Shown in pieces: positions 61,621 to 64,000 of a DNA stretch of 64,000 nt. Both the position numbers and the translations under genes were made by a program. Origin of the DNA: Mytilus edulis (Eukaryota); NCBI RefSeq assembly GCF_963676685.1, contig NC_092346.1, positions 38,688,001 through 38,752,000 of the forward strand, written 5' to 3'. Positions within the stretch are counted from its first letter, which is position 1. Each line of letters starts with the position of its first letter. The notes beneath the pieces are model-generated. The model was not told the DNA's origin. It saw nothing but the letters and a program-made list of their open reading frames with translations, and did no database searches.

Positions 61621-63257
61621 ATGGTTAGTTATCAGGTAAAACATATAAAACATATACATTATAGCTGAATATGCAGTATGGGCTTTGATCATTGTTGAAG
61701 GCCTACGGTGACCTATAATTGTTTGTGTGTCAATTTGTCTCTTGTGAAGAGTTTTCTTATTGGCAATCATACAATATATTTTTTTTAGATAGTTGTTGTC
61801 TCACACATTTTCCTCTAAATTTAGATTTAACAAAAGTAAAGCGTGCTACTAATATATTTGTGGAGTTTTCCGACTAAGCAAAGAAAAAAAGCAGCTTCAG
61901 TAACTTATGAAGACTTTTAATCGTATGATATTTTTGTGTAAAGAACCTCTTTACCTAAGGCTTTTAACATCATTTTTTTTTAGCCCTTTAAATCTTCGAT
62001 ATTTTTTTAACGTTTTTATTAAGTTTGGGTTTTCAGTGACAAACTTTAAATATTTGCTGAACATTACATTTAAGTTTGAAGTCGTGAGCGTATGATTGCT
62101 AATGAGACAACTATCCACCATAGACCAAATGACGTGGATTCGAGTAATTGTACGTCACAGAAAGGCCATTATCAAATTGCAAAACCATGCTTAGTTAGCC
62201 ATAATAGGATTTGGGACATGTACACAATGAATTTACACATACGTTCTTCCTACGCCTTTAATTGACGAATTTAAACCGTTAAATAGTTAGTTGGAGAGAG
62301 CTCCATGAATATGAATAAATATTTCAATGGTTGTCTCGGCATTAAAGTGGTAAGATTTTTAGTATTGCAAAAGACATGTGGGAAAAAATAACTCTTTTAA
62401 TATTTTAAATTCTGTCAACCTTCTCCTTGAACTTGTAGTTCTAATTTGGAGAATACAAAAAAAATAGTACCATTATAATTCCAAACATAATACAAGATTT
62501 AGAGCGAATTTATCATAAACAAGATGCAAGACATGACGCTGAAAATAAGTTAGCAGAGGAAATTGACATGTGGAAAACTACAATAACTGACAATACAGGG
62601 AAACTCAGAACATTAAACAAAGCACTGTTTAATAAGGACGAACAATCCCTCACTGTTACAAAAATATAACGAACTGGGCTATACGCTGGAAAGTGTTGGT
62701 ATTTTTGTCGTTGCTTTGTTAAAAGTATTTGACAATGTAAAATTCATGGAAAATGTGTCTTTCTTTGGTTCATTTTTGATTGACAATATCACATTTGTAA
62801 TCCTTTGTTTAACTTGTTTAATATGTTTTCGATTTAAAGATTTTGGAATGTTTAAACATTATATATATCTATAGTTACCAAAAGCTGTTAAAACTGACGG
62901 AAATGTTCTGTGTGGACATCATATGATTGGTGTCTTCCGTGAAAATCTCTATACGATTAGTCTATAAAAACTTTTAAAAGAAAATTTAGATTTTTTATAA
63001 GATGGAAAATGCATGTTGCTTTTCTTTTAGCACTCTGTACGTACATGATCCTTCACATTTATTGTTAATGGTAATGCATACTCATTTAAATGTGTAATTG
63101 TTTTTACAGACAGATCAACAAAACTCGTCAAGTTTTATGGATATAAAAGGTAAATAGCTTTTTAAAGATCTGTCGCCGTTATGATATATATATGTCTATC
63201 TCTAGATTCACCTTCCGTGACAAGGTAACACTACGACTATTGAAGTTATATTTTCAT

Positions 63258-63412
63258 AGCGGATGTGGTCGAGTGGTCTAGAGCGCTGGACATGAGGCTA
63301 AGCGATTGGTGCTGTAGTGTATCAAAGGTGCGAGTTCGAATCCCGCTGAGGGACGGACAAAAATTTGTCAGTATAAAATCTAACTCTAACACTGTTTGGT
63401 GTAATTTTCAGA

Positions 63413-63470
<58 letters not shown>
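63258..63470 (+). mobile_element. tRNA-derived SINE with (TA)n tail
   Basis: A box TGGTCGAGTGG, B box GAGTTCGAATCC, no proper cloverleaf; followed by (TA)n at ~63415-63470. Confidence 0.75.
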
Positions 63471-63473
<3 letters not shown>

Positions 63474-64000
63474 ATCACTATAATAAATGTTCTTGTGTAT
63501 AGAAATATATATAGATTACTAAAATATATATATATAAAGAATGTGGCACGATTGCCAACGAAACAACTCCCCATAAAAGACCAAATGTCTCAGAAATTAA
63601 GAACTTCAGGTCACCGTATGGCCATTAACAATAAGCAAAGCCCGTATCGCATAATCAGCTATAAAAGGACCCGAAATGACAAATGTAAAACAATCCAAAC
63701 GCGAAAACTAACAGCCTAATTTGTGTACAAAACGATGAACGGAACACAAATATATAAGACGGCAACAAACCACTACTACTGAATTACAATCTTCTAGCTT
63801 GGGACAGACACATTCAGAATGTGGCGGAGTAAAACTAGTTTGTAGGCGCCAACCCTCTCCCCTAACCAGGGGCAGTTCGTTAACAGTACACCATAAGAAT
63901 AAATTATAAAAATCAGTCGAAAAAGGCTTAACTCATCAGGTGGATTGAAATAGAAATACACTGACAAAAACAAAGAGATGACGTAGACGGGTACTTATAC

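Noticed and set aside
63258-63350. tRNA gene
   Set aside because: A and B boxes are present but there is no acceptor/anticodon cloverleaf, and a body plus (TA)n tail follows, so it is a SINE head.

Overview
AT-rich, repeat-dense animal genomic DNA; the repeat families suggest a bivalve, probably Mytilus (inference). A 13-exon SLCO/OATP transporter gene lies on the minus strand (coding 40526 to 729, about 628 aa, splice phases close). Its ~19.8-kb first intron is almost entirely a five-level nested transposon stack: a Ginger-like TIR element (21500-40318) holds a GAGGCTCCC-TIR element (22870-40040), which holds a decayed Gypsy LTR element (23426-~38950), which holds a 5'-truncated Penelope-like element (26388-34520), which holds an intact full-length L1/Tx1 LINE (27351-33994). 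The most unusual item is this LINE. Between its zinc-knuckle ORF1 and its EN-RT ORF2 it carries a third, 392-codon, hydrophobic, Cys-rich ORF whose stop is coupled to the ORF2 start (TGA-A-ATG). The Gypsy element also has an extra C2H2 zinc-finger ORF in the env position, preceded by a splice acceptor. The window further contains a complete two-gene Harbinger transposon (dead transposase, intact spliced Myb/SANT gene), piggyBac relics, a Transib-like element with CACGGTG ends and a 5-bp TSD, Kolobok-type MITEs, hammerhead-ribozyme (retrozyme) repeats, a tRNA-derived SINE and many dispersed repeats.
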